A program made the position numbers and the translations under genes. The notes under the pieces are model-generated. The model was given only the letters and a program-made list of their open reading frames with translations, did no database searches and was not told the origin of the DNA. From NCBI RefSeq assembly GCF_009914755.1, contig NC_060933.1: 64,000 nt of DNA. One strand, 5' to 3'. This stretch comes from the human T2T-CHM13v2.0 reference genome, Homo sapiens. Below, one piece after another: positions 15,546-37,993 of this stretch (position 1 is its first letter; every line of letters begins with the position of its first letter).

Positions 15546-16939
15546 AGGGAGGAAAGGAAGAAATGGGGTCTTGCTACGTTGCCCAGGCTGGCCTTGAGCT
15601 CCTGGGCTCAAGCAATCCTCCCCCTACAGCCTCCCGAGTAGCTGGGACTAGAGTGAGTTTTTTGCTTTTAAATAAGATCAGATTGGAAAGGATTCTTGGT
15701 GATTCTTTTCCTTACTTTATGATTTGTTTTGTAATGGCCTTTTCTTGCCCCCCACCCTCACCTCATTTTACAAAGGGCAACACTGAGACCCAGAGAAGGG
15801 AAGAGAGTCATAAGGGAAGGGAATGTGGCTAAATCTCCATGGACCAAGCATGCAAGGGTTTGAGGGTGTCTGCAGCTTAGTCTGTGCCCGAGGCTGGGCT
15901 GTCAGGACCAGGACCTCATAAGACATCTGCCCCCTGCCACCGGCCACCCGGGAGGCCCTTGAACCAGTTATTTTGGGAGTGCCATCTGAATAAGATACAG
16001 AAATGTGCCATTGTGTTTACGAAGATCAGCAGTAGTTCCTTCTGAATCTTTTCGGGGTATTTTGGCTGGGTTTTTCTTAATTATCCAGATTAGCATTAGG
16101 TAAATTCCCACATGTAAAGACGTCTCATCTTCTGAAAACAGTTGTCAATGTGGAAGTGGACTTGTGGCTGGCTTGCCCCCTAGACAATGAATAGGCAGAG
16201 GACACTGAGACCCGGCCAGCCCCATCCAGCCCCATCCAGCCCCACCCTTCAGCCTATGAAGTCATTTCTCACGGCATAAACAACACGGACTCTGCAAATG
16301 CAACTCTCTCCTTAGTGTTCAAGTACAGCATTTGTTTCCATGATGAATCGGGACCCCAATGATTATTTCTCTCCCCACAATGTGGCTGGTTCCGGATGCT
16401 TTTGGGCCACTGCGTGGGACCTCCAAAGGAAGGCAGGAGAAAGGGATGTGCCTGAATCAAGCCATGAGTCTGGGCGCCACTGGCCCATCCACCATCCGGG
16501 GAGGCTTTCCACGTGCAGGATGCGCCACCGAGGGCACGGCCGCCTCTCCCACCCGAGGCCTTCACTCTGCCCTGTCTTCCCCCGCTACCCCTTTCTCCCG
16601 TCTCTGCCCAGCCAAATCCTGTCATGGTCAGCGGCCGGCTGCAGCGCCACCTCAGTGAAGCCTTGGGGGAGACCATGCCGTCCCAGCGAGGGGTACAGTA
16701 AGGATGCCACAGTCACCCCACCCTCGGGGCCACCTCATCCCGGCACTGGCACTGGCACTGTCCTCTGTGGCTCCCAGCACTTCACACATTTGTATGCTTT
16801 GCTTCAGAACAACAAACACTAAAGTTGCAGAACTTTATTTAAAAATGAAAATAAAACTGCCTGATTTATAAAGACACGTATATAGATGTTTGGGAATGTA
16901 TGTGTGTATACATATGTAGAGAGAGAGCATATAAATAAA

Positions 16940-17315
<376 letters not shown>

Positions 17316-17774
17316 TAAATGTTGATATATTCTATATTACATAATATAAATTTATAAATGTTTATATAAAGAAATATGTCTTTGCATATTCATAGAAAGA
17401 AATCTGGAAGAATACACACCAAACTGCTCCTCTTGCTTATCTCTGGCAAGTTGATTTTGCTTTCATATGAAGCAGTGTTTGAATTTGTTACAGGAATGTA
17501 TTAAGTTTTTAAGCTCTTAGCCAATATTTCTGAAGATGAAAAGTGTCCTGGATATGCATCTGTCTTCTCTCTTGCTGGACAGTGGGAACCTGCCTCTGTC
17601 CTCTAGGCTGGGTCACAGAGCAAAGTGGGCAGATGTTTGTGAGATGAATTACAGAGAGTGCAAGGATGAGCCCCAGCTGCCTCCAGTGAGGCCCGGGAGT
17701 GATGGCTTCTCACTGCTGCCCTGCAGTGCCTGGACCGGCACTTAGGGAGTGCTCCCTAAAGGTTTACTGAATGA

Positions 17775-17928
17775 AGAAGGAAGGAAGGAGGGAGGCAGAG
17801 AAGGAGGGCAGGGAGAGAAGGAAGGGAGGAAGGAAGGGAGGGAGGAAAGGAGGGAGAGAAGGAAAGGATAAAGGGAGGCAGGGAAGGGGGGAGGGAGGGA
17901 GAAAGAGAGGAAGGGAGGGAAGAAGGGG
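17775..17928. repeat. GGAA/GGGA purine-rich low-complexity tract
   Basis: Nearly all-purine top strand. Confidence 0.9.
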
Positions 17929-18117
17929 TATGAGTGATCATAAACCCTGAATTTGTGTATCTGAATTAATGACTGTTTAATGTATAAATGTGGGAATCTA
18001 ATGAAACACTGAAATACAGGGTACCATCTGGATGGATGGTGGAAATATTTTATTACTAGGCGTACAATTGTTTTCATTATAAAGTAACAGAACTGTATCC
18101 CAAAAGTATGAAAAATA

Positions 18118-18449
<332 letters not shown>

Positions 18450-21400
18450 CTAACAAATCCCCTATTTGTATTTTTGTGCATTTCCTTCCGAGTAGGTGAG
18501 TGTGAGCACATATATCTTCTCTACGTGTTCGTGGGGGCTGCTCACACCATTTTATATCATACTTCTGTTGTAAGTTCCTGTCATATCCTAAGCCTTTCTT
18601 CGTCCCGTTATAAAGTCCTCAACCTCTTATTTTATAAGTGCTGTCAACTACATTAAGAGGACATATATAACTTATTTAACCACTTATCTCTTTTTATATT
18701 GAGGTAACCTCTCATTTTTTATTATTATAGCGTTTATGATTTTTTAAACTACTAGCTTTTGCCTAATGCCTTCATAATTTTCCCTGGGTACCACTCAGAG
18801 ATGCTTGGACACCTCAGGTTAGTGTCCCCAGAAGCAGCCTGAAAGTAGCTGGGCCACAAACTTTGTTACCATGAGTTAAGCAGCTTTTGCCCCAGAGAGT
18901 AAATCAGTGCCCTGCTTCCTTTATTGAGAAAGTCTTGCTGTGGAAAAAGTCAGCGGGACTAAATAGCCCGCTGAGTGACAGTAACGTACATTCCAGTGCG
19001 AGCTTCTTATTCCCCTTCATGGACATCTAACCAAGCGTTTGCAGAGCAGCACAGGTCTGCAGGTGACATTTTGAGCAGCACTTGTCTACAGAGCTTCAGT
19101 AGGCACAATTGGCTTACTGTAGAAGGTTTACACCTGGGTGGATTCATGGTTGGAGTTTGGAAGAGAATAAAGTCCCTGCCATGAGCCTGGCGCCGTGCCA
19201 TGGCCTTCCCATGTAACAGTGCTCAAAGGGTGCCCCTCCCACCACTGGGGCCTGCTGTTCTCGAGTCCTTGAGCATTTGCCTCATGTCCTTCCCACGTGC
19301 TCCAGCTCCTGTCCGGGCTGCAGATCTCCCGTGCATTGCCATGTGTGAGCACGCACAGCCAGGGCTGCCCCTAGAAACAAGGAGAACCAGAGCCACTCAA
19401 TTAGAGGGGCCACCACGATAACTGTACTGTTGGCATCTTTCATAGGCTCCTTAGGGTATTGCTAAAAAGAGTAATTTTACAATTGAATTTCAGTTATTCT
19501 CAGAAAACAGGAATAAGACCCCCACATGAAAGAAGGATTGTAAGGATTTTTAAGCTGAAAGGTAATATGCTCAGGTCTGCATTTTAGAAGGAGCAAACTA
19601 ACTACTCTATGGAGAATAGATCAGAGAGTTTGAGACCAGAGGTGAGGACTCCAGTGGGGACGTCAGGACTGGAGGTCCCAGGAAGGTCAGTGGTGGCAGT
19701 AGTAGGTGTGAATTTTAGTCCCAATTCTTCCACCTCCCTGCATCCACACTCTGGCTATATGAGACTTTGGGCTTGGTCTTGTGACTTACTTTGATCAATG
19801 GAATGGGGCAGATGAGTCTTGATACCAAGTCTGAGAGCTGATGGTAAGAGACCTTACATATTTCTACTTTTCCTCTCATGCATCTGCCATCACCATGAGA
19901 AGAATCTGTCCAGCTTGGCCGTGGACCCTAGGAGGATGAGAGACACGTACAGCAGAGATGCCCACCAGCTTGCCAACCCCTGAGTGAGCCCAGCCAAGGT
20001 CAGTAGAGCTGCAGGCCCTGAGAAGGAACGCCTGTTGTTGCAGACCACTGAGATTCTGGGGCTGTTTGTTACGCAGTATTGCTGCAGCAATGGGCAACTG
20101 ATACAGTGGGCGTGGAAAGAAATTAACAAAGCCAAGAAATACTTAAGTAAGCAAATGGAGTTAGTGGCCAGTCGAGTGAGTGGGCAAGACGGAGAGAGCC
20201 TCAGAGAACTTGGTTTGGCTCAGGTACCTGGATGGTTGAAGGGCACAGTGCCTGTGGTAAAGGACACAGAGGAGGAGACGTGGCCACCCACAGTAGACCT
20301 ACATTAAGAGCACTCTCTCCTTCCCCCTACACTTTTTTCTTGTTTCTGGAGGAGGCCAGGGCCCGTGTCTGAAGAGATAAGCTCCACAGGGACAGAACCA
20401 CAGTGTGGGATTATAGGCACCCCTGCCACAGTCAGCCACCCTCAAGGCTCCGGCTCTGTCAGAGCTTCTCCTCCAGTACAGACTCATTAGAACAACCGCT
20501 GATGTGGACAAGGGGGTGAGCCAGACTTCCCGGCCATAGGGGCCAACTCAAGAAAGGCCCCCAGATTTCCCAGGGCCTCCTGCAGAAAACACAGCCTGCA
20601 TCTCGTTACTTTCATTTGCTTAAAATACCTGCCTTTGCAGCAGTGAAACCACCCAAAATACTCACTTCTTTATTTCCAGCTAGATAAGTTGAACTCAATT
20701 TGCATTGGATAATTATTTTCAATTAAGTGATAACAATCCTGTTTGGTGCAAAAGTAATCTTGTCCAAAGGCCAAACAGTTTATCCCATCCAAGAAACAGG
20801 AGGCAGTGATAGGAGAAGGCCTATTAGCATGCTTGCCATGAGGATGGAGGGGCCAATCCCCACCCCTGGAGGGATGCCTCAGCCAAGTCGTTCGTGGGGG
20901 ACCTCTGACGCTGTGGGCCGGGTGGGACCATTGACCTGGTTTGCCCTTTGACAGCCCCCGGGCCAAGCAGCCACTCTTTCTTCTTTCTGGACAAAGAAGG
21001 AGGCACCTCCTGCCAGCTGCAAGGAAGTGGAAAAGGCAGCTGGTCAGAGAAGGGCCCAAGACAGAGGCCAGGACCCAAGTTCTGGGCCAGCCGTGTGTCC
21101 CTGGACAAGTCATCCCCCACTGGGCCTCAGTGTCCCCTCTGTGTGGGGAGCAGTGGGGTTAGATGGGGACAGTTCCAGCTCAGATGTGATTCTGTCCTGG
21201 TTATCCAGAGCTACCTAGGTCTGAAGCCAGGTTTTCTGTAGGGAAAAGCCCCACTTCCTGTGTGATGTGTGTGTTGTCGGGGCAGGGATGCTCCTCCACC
21301 AGGAAAGAGGGAGCAGGCGCTGAGTTCTGGAGCCTCACAGGGGCCCCGCCACTCTCCTGGTCTTATGGCAGTGTCACATTCTCTGCAGGCAGCTGGAGTT

Positions 21401-21861
21401 CCTTACTTTCCTCCACAGCCTTCCCTACTGTTGCACATCTGGGCAAACCCCCTCCCCACCAATCGAGCCGCCGTGAACATCTTGTTCAAGGCTGCTGGTG
21501 TATTCAAAAGCAGACCCTGTCTCAAAAACACAAAAAAGAAAAATGAAAAACAACCTGCCTGCCAATCTTTCTATTGTTATTTACATTGAAAAACATGAGG
21601 ATCGAGGTGGTCCAAACAAATAACTCTTGTGAATTTTTGCAGCCAATACTTCAAATATTTGATACTTGAGTACCCCATGCTGTGTGCTCTCTGTGTATTC
21701 ACTGACATGCAGTCCTCCCACAGCAGGAGAACTAAAACTCTTGTCACTTATAGACAAGAAAACCGAGGCTCAGAGAGGCTAAGTAATTTGCTGAAGTCAC
21801 ACAGTGGAATTCTGACTTTTTGTTGGTTTCAATTGACTTCCACACTGCATTTTTTCCTTCT

Positions 21862-21972
21862 TTCCTTCCTTCCTTCCTTCCTTCCTTCCTTCCTTCCTTC
21901 CTTCCTTCCTTCCTTCCTTCCTTCCTTCCTTCCCTCCTTCCTTCCTTCCTCCTTCCCTCCCTTCCTTCCTTC
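21862..21972. repeat. (TTCC)n microsatellite, 18 perfect units (21862-21933) plus degenerate units
   Basis: Direct count; abuts a minus-strand Alu fragment at ~21973-22090. Confidence 0.95.
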
Positions 21973-22763
21973 CTTTTTTTTGAGACAGGGTCCCACTACA
22001 TTGTCCAGGCTGGTCGACCTCCTGGACTCAAGCGATCCTCACCTGGGCCTCCCATGGTGCTGGGATAACAGGTGTGAGCCACCATGCCCTGCTGTTCCGC
22101 ATTCTTTTCTCTACTTAATGGTGGCAGCGGCCCTTATGCTTCTCTGGCACACAGTGTACCCTCAGCCAAGCCGAACTGAGAAGCTGGACAGGAGGAGGGA
22201 AAGAAGAAACCATCTGAGCTGCCGTATCTCTTAAGTACAGTTTTCTGTATTCAAATTAGGCGACACAATCTCCATGAATAACATTACAGTTCCCAAAGGA
22301 TCACACCCAATTTAAATGTATAAGAGGCCATTAACGGGTGGGGCTAGCTATTAGAATTTAGCTCCAGTGTTATTGTGGTGTGGTTCTGCTATTAGGCAGG
22401 CGCAATGGGGATAACAGAAGCCCAAGGCACACTCGCCCCTGGTCTCCAAGGCTCTGGGTCCTCAGACTGGCTGAGTACTGGGGACCAGGGTCACCCAAGA
22501 AGCCCTGAGTGGCCCTCTTGAGGGTTAGCAGAGCTTCTCTCTGTCCAAGACAGGTCAGGCTCTCTCCCCTGGCCCCAGCTCCACCGTCACTCAGAGGAGT
22601 GGCCTAAACAAACGCTGCAGGTGAGGCTCCCGAGCCCCTGACATGGATGTTTATGGAAGAGGACTCTTGGCATCAGCACCTGGGCAAGGTGGGTAGAGGC
22701 AGGAGTGGGCAAATGGGAAAGTCTAGCTGCCATGCGGGCTGAGCAACAATGGGGCCAACCTCA

Positions 22764-23127
<364 letters not shown>

Positions 23128-23659
23128 TCATGCAGAGACGGCCAGGCCTTTGTACCCCCATGCAGATCAGTGGCTGGATGTGGGCTGCCCTGGGAAGGGT
23201 GTGACCTCAGGCTGGGTGATCTCAGCAGCTGAGGCTGTCCTACAGGGCTGGTCACTTAAGGCCGTATGCTGACCGCCTGCCCAGCTGCTGGGCAGCACGT
23301 CCTTCTTGGAAGGGGATCTGGGCAGGTGGCAATGACTGATGCCCACCAGGGCTGTGGCCTTGTCAGTCTGTGGGATAACACAGACCCTGCCTCAGTGGCT
23401 CCAGGGGAAAAAGAGACCATCTACGTGAATTGTTTAGCTCAGGGCACAGCACACAAATAAGAGCTCAAAAAATGTCAACCACTCTTGTTATCCCCATCCT
23501 GACCCAAATCACAGGATGACCCTCTGCTCTTCTCCCTCATCCTCGCATCCCTCCCCAGCGTCCAGCAAGTGTCCAAGCCTCACTTCCACACCTCCACTAA
23601 TGGACAGGTCACTACTTCCCAAGGCAGCCCAAGTCACTGTTGAACAGCTTTTTTTTTTT

Positions 23660-24915
<1,256 letters not shown>

Positions 24916-25019
24916 TTTTTCGAGCAGCTCTGAGAGAAAACGTTCTCTTTCATCACGCTTCATTCCCATGACGTCCTCACTGGCCCTTGGCTTTGCCCTG
25001 GGGACAGCCCTGCTGAGTC

Positions 25020-29444
<4,425 letters not shown>

Positions 29445-30109
29445 TGAAAGTATTTTTAAATGCATAAGAAAAAGACAAAGCAGTTCCATATCATTCTAAC
29501 TGCTCGGCGGTGATCCACCTTTTAGAAATGGTGTCGTGCTAGGAGCAGGGGTCACGGCGTGAGAGGCTGCCCGTCCGGCACCTACGAGGGCGATGTCAGA
29601 CTCGGGAATCCAGGCACGGGCAGCACATGAGGCAGCTATCATAACAAGGCTGAGGATGATGGCTGGTCTCTGTTCGGTGTCTTGTCTTGTAATCCCAACA
29701 TGTATTTGTGACCTCGCTCAATGTTCATTGTCTGTTAAATGCACTACACAAATTTAATTCCCATGGTCTGTGGCTGAGCAAAGGAGGTTTCAAAAGAAAG
29801 TTTGTGCATTCTAGTTCATGAGCTCTTGCTGTTATTTTTAAAGAGCTCCATGGAACAAATGGGTGGACTCCAAGCACCCTTTGAGCTCTAACAGCCTAGA
29901 GAAGAGGTGGGAAGGGGGTGCCTCTTTTCTCTTCCCCAGCTGAGTTCAGAGGTCAACAGTCCTCACAGCTGGACATGGGCAGGGTTGCCCAGTAGCTTAG
30001 GGGTCACTGGTCATAATGGCATCCTGCATGGCAGAGACCCTGGGAGTAGCATTTTCGGCAATGTTTGGGTTACAGACCTCCTTCCGAGTCGCCTGGAGAG
30101 GTCTTTCCC

Positions 30110-30630
30110 GCCCTTTGTAGTGGATGTATGATTTTGTTTGCAAGCGTCCTTGGGAGAACCACTCCTCCCACAGCATGAGGCTGTTAATCCTGGTGGCTTC
30201 TTCCTCCAACCCAGGCCCTCTGAGGAGCACTCTGCCCCACCCCTCGGCACGTGATTGGTTCAGAGGCAGGCATGTGACTCAAGAAGCCAATAAGAATTCT
30301 TTTCTGGGATTGTTACTTTAGTCCCTGGGTGAAAGGAGGACTCCCCTGGATAGAGCTGTCTTGCTGGGACGTTCTCTATCTGTCTGCCCACCACCATCTT
30401 TCCTAACTCATAGAAGAAAGCGAAGCAGAGAGGCAAGAGATGGGGGGGGTGGGGAGAGGCGGGGGGAGAGAGAGAGAGAGAGAACTGACAAGGCTGCTTG
30501 AGCCCCTGCATCCAGCTATGCCTGCTTCCCCTCAGACTTCCACACTTCAGGAGCCAATGAATTCCTTGGTTGCCTAAGCTACAATGAGTTAGGTATCTCT
30601 CACTTGCAACCAAGAGTCCTTTAAGGCCCA
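30110..30630 (+). mobile_element. ERVL LTR remnant (LTR16/LTR33-like)
   Basis: gtgattggttcagaggcagggcatgtgactcaag...gagccaatgaattcctt...cacttgcaaccaagagtcct. Confidence 0.6.
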
Positions 30631-30853
30631 CTCAACAGGGCTGCCATATACAGTGACACCCCTTCGCTTACACAGTACTCAGTCTTTTCAGATGAATGAA
30701 GTAAATTGTTCAGTCATCATCTCCTCTCAGAAGCCTTCCTTGATTTCCCTATACAGAACCAGTCACTCCCTAATCTATGCTTCCAGGAATCTTGTAAAAA
30801 TATACACTGTGGCCCAAGTCCCTCTGTGTATTTATGATAATATAAATTGAATA

Positions 30854-30889
30854 TAAGAATATAAATTGAATATTCAATTTATATTCTTA
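30854..30889. repeat. Perfect 36-bp AT-rich palindrome, no spacer
   Basis: taagaatataaattgaatattcaatttatattctta equals its own reverse complement. Confidence 0.97.
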
Positions 30890-31077
30890 CACACATGCTT
30901 GTCTCCCCATCAGAGTGGGAGATCCTTGGGGTAGAGACTAAATCTGATTTATCACTGTTTCCCCCGTACCCAACCAAGAAAGTGCTTAGGTGTTTATTGA
31001 GTGAATTATAATCAAATCTCACTACAACAAACAATTGGGATGTCTCATCTAATTTGTTATTAAGAAAATTCTCACCT

Positions 31078-32212
<1,135 letters not shown>

Positions 32213-34142
32213 TCGAGGTTTGTTTCTTAAACTATCACCCTCCAGGGGCTGCTCTGTATTCATGCACCTTCATGCATTTGGCTCTGGGCTCTACCCACCT
32301 CCCCTCACCCCAGATTCTGCCAAGCTGGTGCTTAGGACAGTGGCCCTCCCACTTACGCTGAGGCCGAGATCTCTGACATGTTTGTGGGCCTCACTTCCCA
32401 GGTGCCTCCCAGCCCCACATGAGCTGTCTCGTAGGGCCAAGACAGCACTTTTGTATGGGGGTCTGTTTCAGAGGCACAGATGGCTCCAAACACGTCTTCT
32501 GCATCTGTAAAAGATAACAGGTGTACATTTAAAGAAAGGAATTCATACATATTTAATGATTTAGCTTAAGCAACTGGGCAAATATTCATTTTCTTAAGGT
32601 GGTAATACATAATTAACTGATAATAAAATTAATTGGGTAAAACAGTCTAAAAATAATGCAGTACTTATTACATGAGGGAATATAACTGCATTGAAAGAGG
32701 TTTAATTGTTCCAGAGACTGATGAGTCCCCAAAAGCAGCAAAGGGAAGAGGTTTTTCCACCTTTGGAATAAGGGCTCTGAGTGGGCGCTTCCTGTTCACC
32801 CTGTGGGAATAGGGTGGGAATGGAGGGTGGAGAGGAAGATGGTTTCTTGCAATTTAACAGCTTCACAACGGGTTTAGAGAGCATCCCAATGTCTACTCCC
32901 AACCCTAACCACACATCTTCACCCCTGCCAGGTCAAAAAATACAGAAAAGAAAGAATCTACCACAGATACCCTTTTATTAGATCAGAAGAGAGAAAGCTT
33001 GTAGACGCCTCGTGAACTCACCCCTTCCACTGCGAAGTGCCAGACCCTGGGCTGGACACCGTGGGAGAGGCCAGCTGGGCAAGTCTGTCCTTCGGGGAGG
33101 TCTGGGGTGTTTGGGGAAGGGAGATAGGGACACACAATCCTCACAACAACTGCAAAAAGAAGTGTGAGCACGTGGGGGCAGAGGGAGCGTCAGTCAGACG
33201 GGAGGTGATCGGGACTGGAGAGAGATGTCCCAGAGGAGGTGGCTTGGGCAGGTGGGCTTTGACTGGCGTCTATGGGAGAGGAGCCCATAGGAAGAAGAGA
33301 GAGCAGGACAGCTGGGATTGAGTTGGGCTGAAGCCGGACCGGGGAGGGTGTGGCAAGAGATGAGGCTGAACCGGTGGGCTGGAGGAGGGGGTCCCAGGAA
33401 AAGCAGCTCTGGTCCCACCGTCAGCCCTGCCTTTTATTATTAATCTCTCTTGTGAATTCAGGTGGGAAAAGGCCTGCTGAGAGTAGTGCCAGAATTCACA
33501 GGAGAAAGATTCTGTAATTTCTTTGAGCTCTGTGACTCTGGACAAAGTATTCAGTATTAATGCAGTTGACCATGACGTCTTCTGTGTGCGCGACTGACAG
33601 ACCAAATTACCTTTCCTTATCTCCTGGCGAGAAAAAAGGACCATTTTCTTGACATATTTCATAATCATTTCACCTGCTTGCCCCCTATGGAGAGCGCCGG
33701 TGACCCGGCCCCCTCCCCTCCCACACAATGCAGGAAGTATGTCATCTAATAAGCCCAGTTTCTAAAGAATGTTTTTAATCTTGGAATAGTGAGTGTGATT
33801 TTTGATTGTATTTTTAATTCTCTATCTACTTTTTTAAAAGCACACGCTTTTGTTCTAATTCTCATCTTAGCTCATCAGGGCCAGGAGGAAGCGTGGACAT
33901 CTTCCATTCCATGGATCTTCTTAGCATTTGACAGGTGAGGCCCAAAGAGAAGGCATGGGCCAGGACCCCTTAGGGCAGCTGGGGGCACACCAGGAATTCT
34001 GGAGTCAGGGCTCTATGCCCTCCATGCCCAGTGGGCACCGTTCTCTAGGTGGTGCCCCAGCCCGGTAACTACAAAACCTCAGAGCATTTTTTTCTAATTG
34101 TGGTAAAATACACATAACAAAAAATCTACATCTTAACCTTCA

Positions 34143-35100
<958 letters not shown>

Positions 35101-35295
35101 ATTTTGTAAAAAGCAGGTTGCAAGTTGGTATATATAGAGAATGGCTCCCACTTACATGAGTAAATATGTAAATGTCAGTGGGTATTTGCAAGGATATTTA
35201 CCACAATTTGACCAATGGTTATTCCTGAGTAGTAGAATTATGGATGGCTTTTTCTATTTTCTTTTTTTAATGAAAAATGAATAAAATAAAAGTTG

Positions 35296-35672
35296 TCCTG
35301 CTAGGGCTACCATAACAAAATACCACAGACTGGACTGGGTGGCTTAAACAATAGAAATTTATTTTCTCACAGTTCTGGAGTCTGGAAGTCCAAGTTCAAG
35401 ATGCTGGCAGGCTTAGTTCTTCTGAGGCCTCTCTCCTTGGCCTGCCGACAGCCACCTTCTTGCTATGTCTTCCCACGGCCTTTGCCCTGTGCACACGTGT
35501 CCCTGGTGTCTTTCTTCTTTTAAGGACATCAGTCATATTGCGTGAGGGTCCCACCCTTGTGACCTCATTTTACCTTAATTACCTCCTTAAAGACCTTGTT
35601 TCCATATACAGTCACATTGGGGTTTAGGGCTTCAACCTATGAATTTTGGGGAAACACAATTTAGTCTATAAC
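35296..35672 (-). mobile_element. MaLR LTR (MLT1A-like)
   Basis: ctgctagggctaccataacaaaataccacagactgg...cagtcacattggggtttagggcttcaacctatgaattttgggg. Confidence 0.82.
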
Positions 35673-35680
35673 AAAAGTTA

Positions 35681-36033
<353 letters not shown>

Positions 36034-36859
36034 TTAAAGCAGTGCTCTTACAAAAGGACACACACAGTTCTTAGGATGAATTTTGTCAGTTTCACCCAAC
36101 AGTTAATTTCTGTGCTATGCAACCTTTCCCAGAGCTTAGAAAAAAGTTAAAAATTTTCCAATTAATTTTACACACTTTGCATAACTCCAATACTAAGACT
36201 TGATTTTTAAAAGAGCACAAGATAAAGTGTATCTATCTAAAATCAAGAATCAACATCATACTAATGATAAAACACTAAACCCCGTCTAGAGGAGTTTGGA
36301 TTAGAGTCAGAATGAAGACAAGGGTGTCAGTTAGGTATCAGCAATGCTAGCTGCTGTGAGGAACATAACTCCAAACCTCAATGGCTGAACACAATGGAAG
36401 TAAATTACTTGTTTACACAAAGAGCAGTGAGAATCCCTGGTTAGCCAGCTGCCTCCCATGTGGCCATTCAGGGACCTCCACTGCTTGTGCCATCCCCCAG
36501 AGCCACTGCCAGCTCCTCTGACGGCAAACAGGAAGAAAGACAGTAGAGGATCTTGTGGGAGGTTTTATGGGCCAACCGGGCAAGGCACCTGTATCACCTC
36601 CACCCACAGTCCAGTGGCTAGAACCTGGTCACGCGGCCACTCCTAACTGCAAGGGAGGCTGAGAAATGTTACCTCCTTCCGTGCCCAGCAGGAAAAAGAA
36701 ACAGGTGACGTTGCAGCATTTCTTGCAGAATACCCCACTGTCGTCTCTGGGACTTTTGTTGACAAATCACTGATGTTTTCTGCACATCCTGATTTGCAGC
36801 AGGCAGTGACTACTACCTGAGCACCATCCCAGTTTCAGAGATTAAAAATGTGAAAAACT

Positions 36860-37510
36860 TGGAGTTGATGAAATACTCGATAGGAATAGTAGGTGAAGCT
36901 GTAGGAGATGCTGCGCTTGTAAAAGGCCCACGGATGAGCCAGGGCTTTCCGGGCATAACCCCAAGGCCAAAAACATAAGTGATAGACTAACTATATAAAA
37001 ACAAAAAAATCCCTTATATCAAAAAAGAACATTGAAAGGAGAAGGGCCCACTGTGGGGGAAATATTTGCAATGTGTGATAGAGAATGAGCAGGCTTGCTA
37101 TTTAAAGAGCCCTTACAAATCAAGAGTGAAAAAGGTGAAGAAAATGGACAAATAACAGTAACAGGAAATTAATAAAAGAAGAACTAAAAATGGTTAAATA
37201 TGTTAACTATGTAAAACTATTTAGTAGTCAAAGAAGCACAAATTAAAACTACCATGTAATACCACGTTTTACCATCAGATTGGCAGAGATGTGAAAATTG
37301 ATAATGGTGTTTGCAAAGACTGGCAAGTAAAGGCTATTAACCCTCTGGAAAGGGAAAGATGGGTGCCCTGTTTACCACTGTGGGTGATACGGTCTTGAAA
37401 ACACTTATGCCTGTTGACCCAGCAGTCCCACCTCTGGAATTTATCCTAAGGAAACAAATGAAGAGATGTGAAAGACATATGTTCAAGGCTGCTAATCTCA
37501 GGGGAGCTTT
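36860..37510 (+). mobile_element. Old L1 (L1M) 3' ORF2/UTR fragment
   Basis: aaatatttgcaatg..., caaattaaaactaccatgtaataccac...accatcagattggca, ttgacccagcagtcccacctctggaatttatcctaaggaaa. Confidence 0.75.
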
Positions 37511-37789
37511 TAAATTTAACTTTAATTTGTATCAAGTTATACATGCACATGATTTCAAAGGTCAAAAAATTCTACAAGATTTGTTACAAAAATCAGCAAT
37601 TCCCTGAAGCCACTCCCCCAGTCATGGCCCTGCTCTGCTTTTTCAGTCCCAGAGATACTTTTTTTTTTTTTTTCTTTTTTGAGACAGGGTCTCACTCTGT
37701 CTCCCAGGCTGGAGTGCAGTGGCATGATCTCGGCTCACTGTAGCTTCGACCTCCAGGGTACAAGTGATTTTCCCTTCTCAGCCTCCTGA

Positions 37790-37993
<204 letters not shown>

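Noticed and set aside
18950-18974. tcagcggg-N9-cccgctga hairpin
   Set aside because: An 8-bp stem is expected occasionally by chance in 64 kb.
21629-22234. 201-aa ORF, the longest in the track
   Set aside because: Kept open by the (TTCC)n microsatellite (LPSF repeats) and an Alu fragment.
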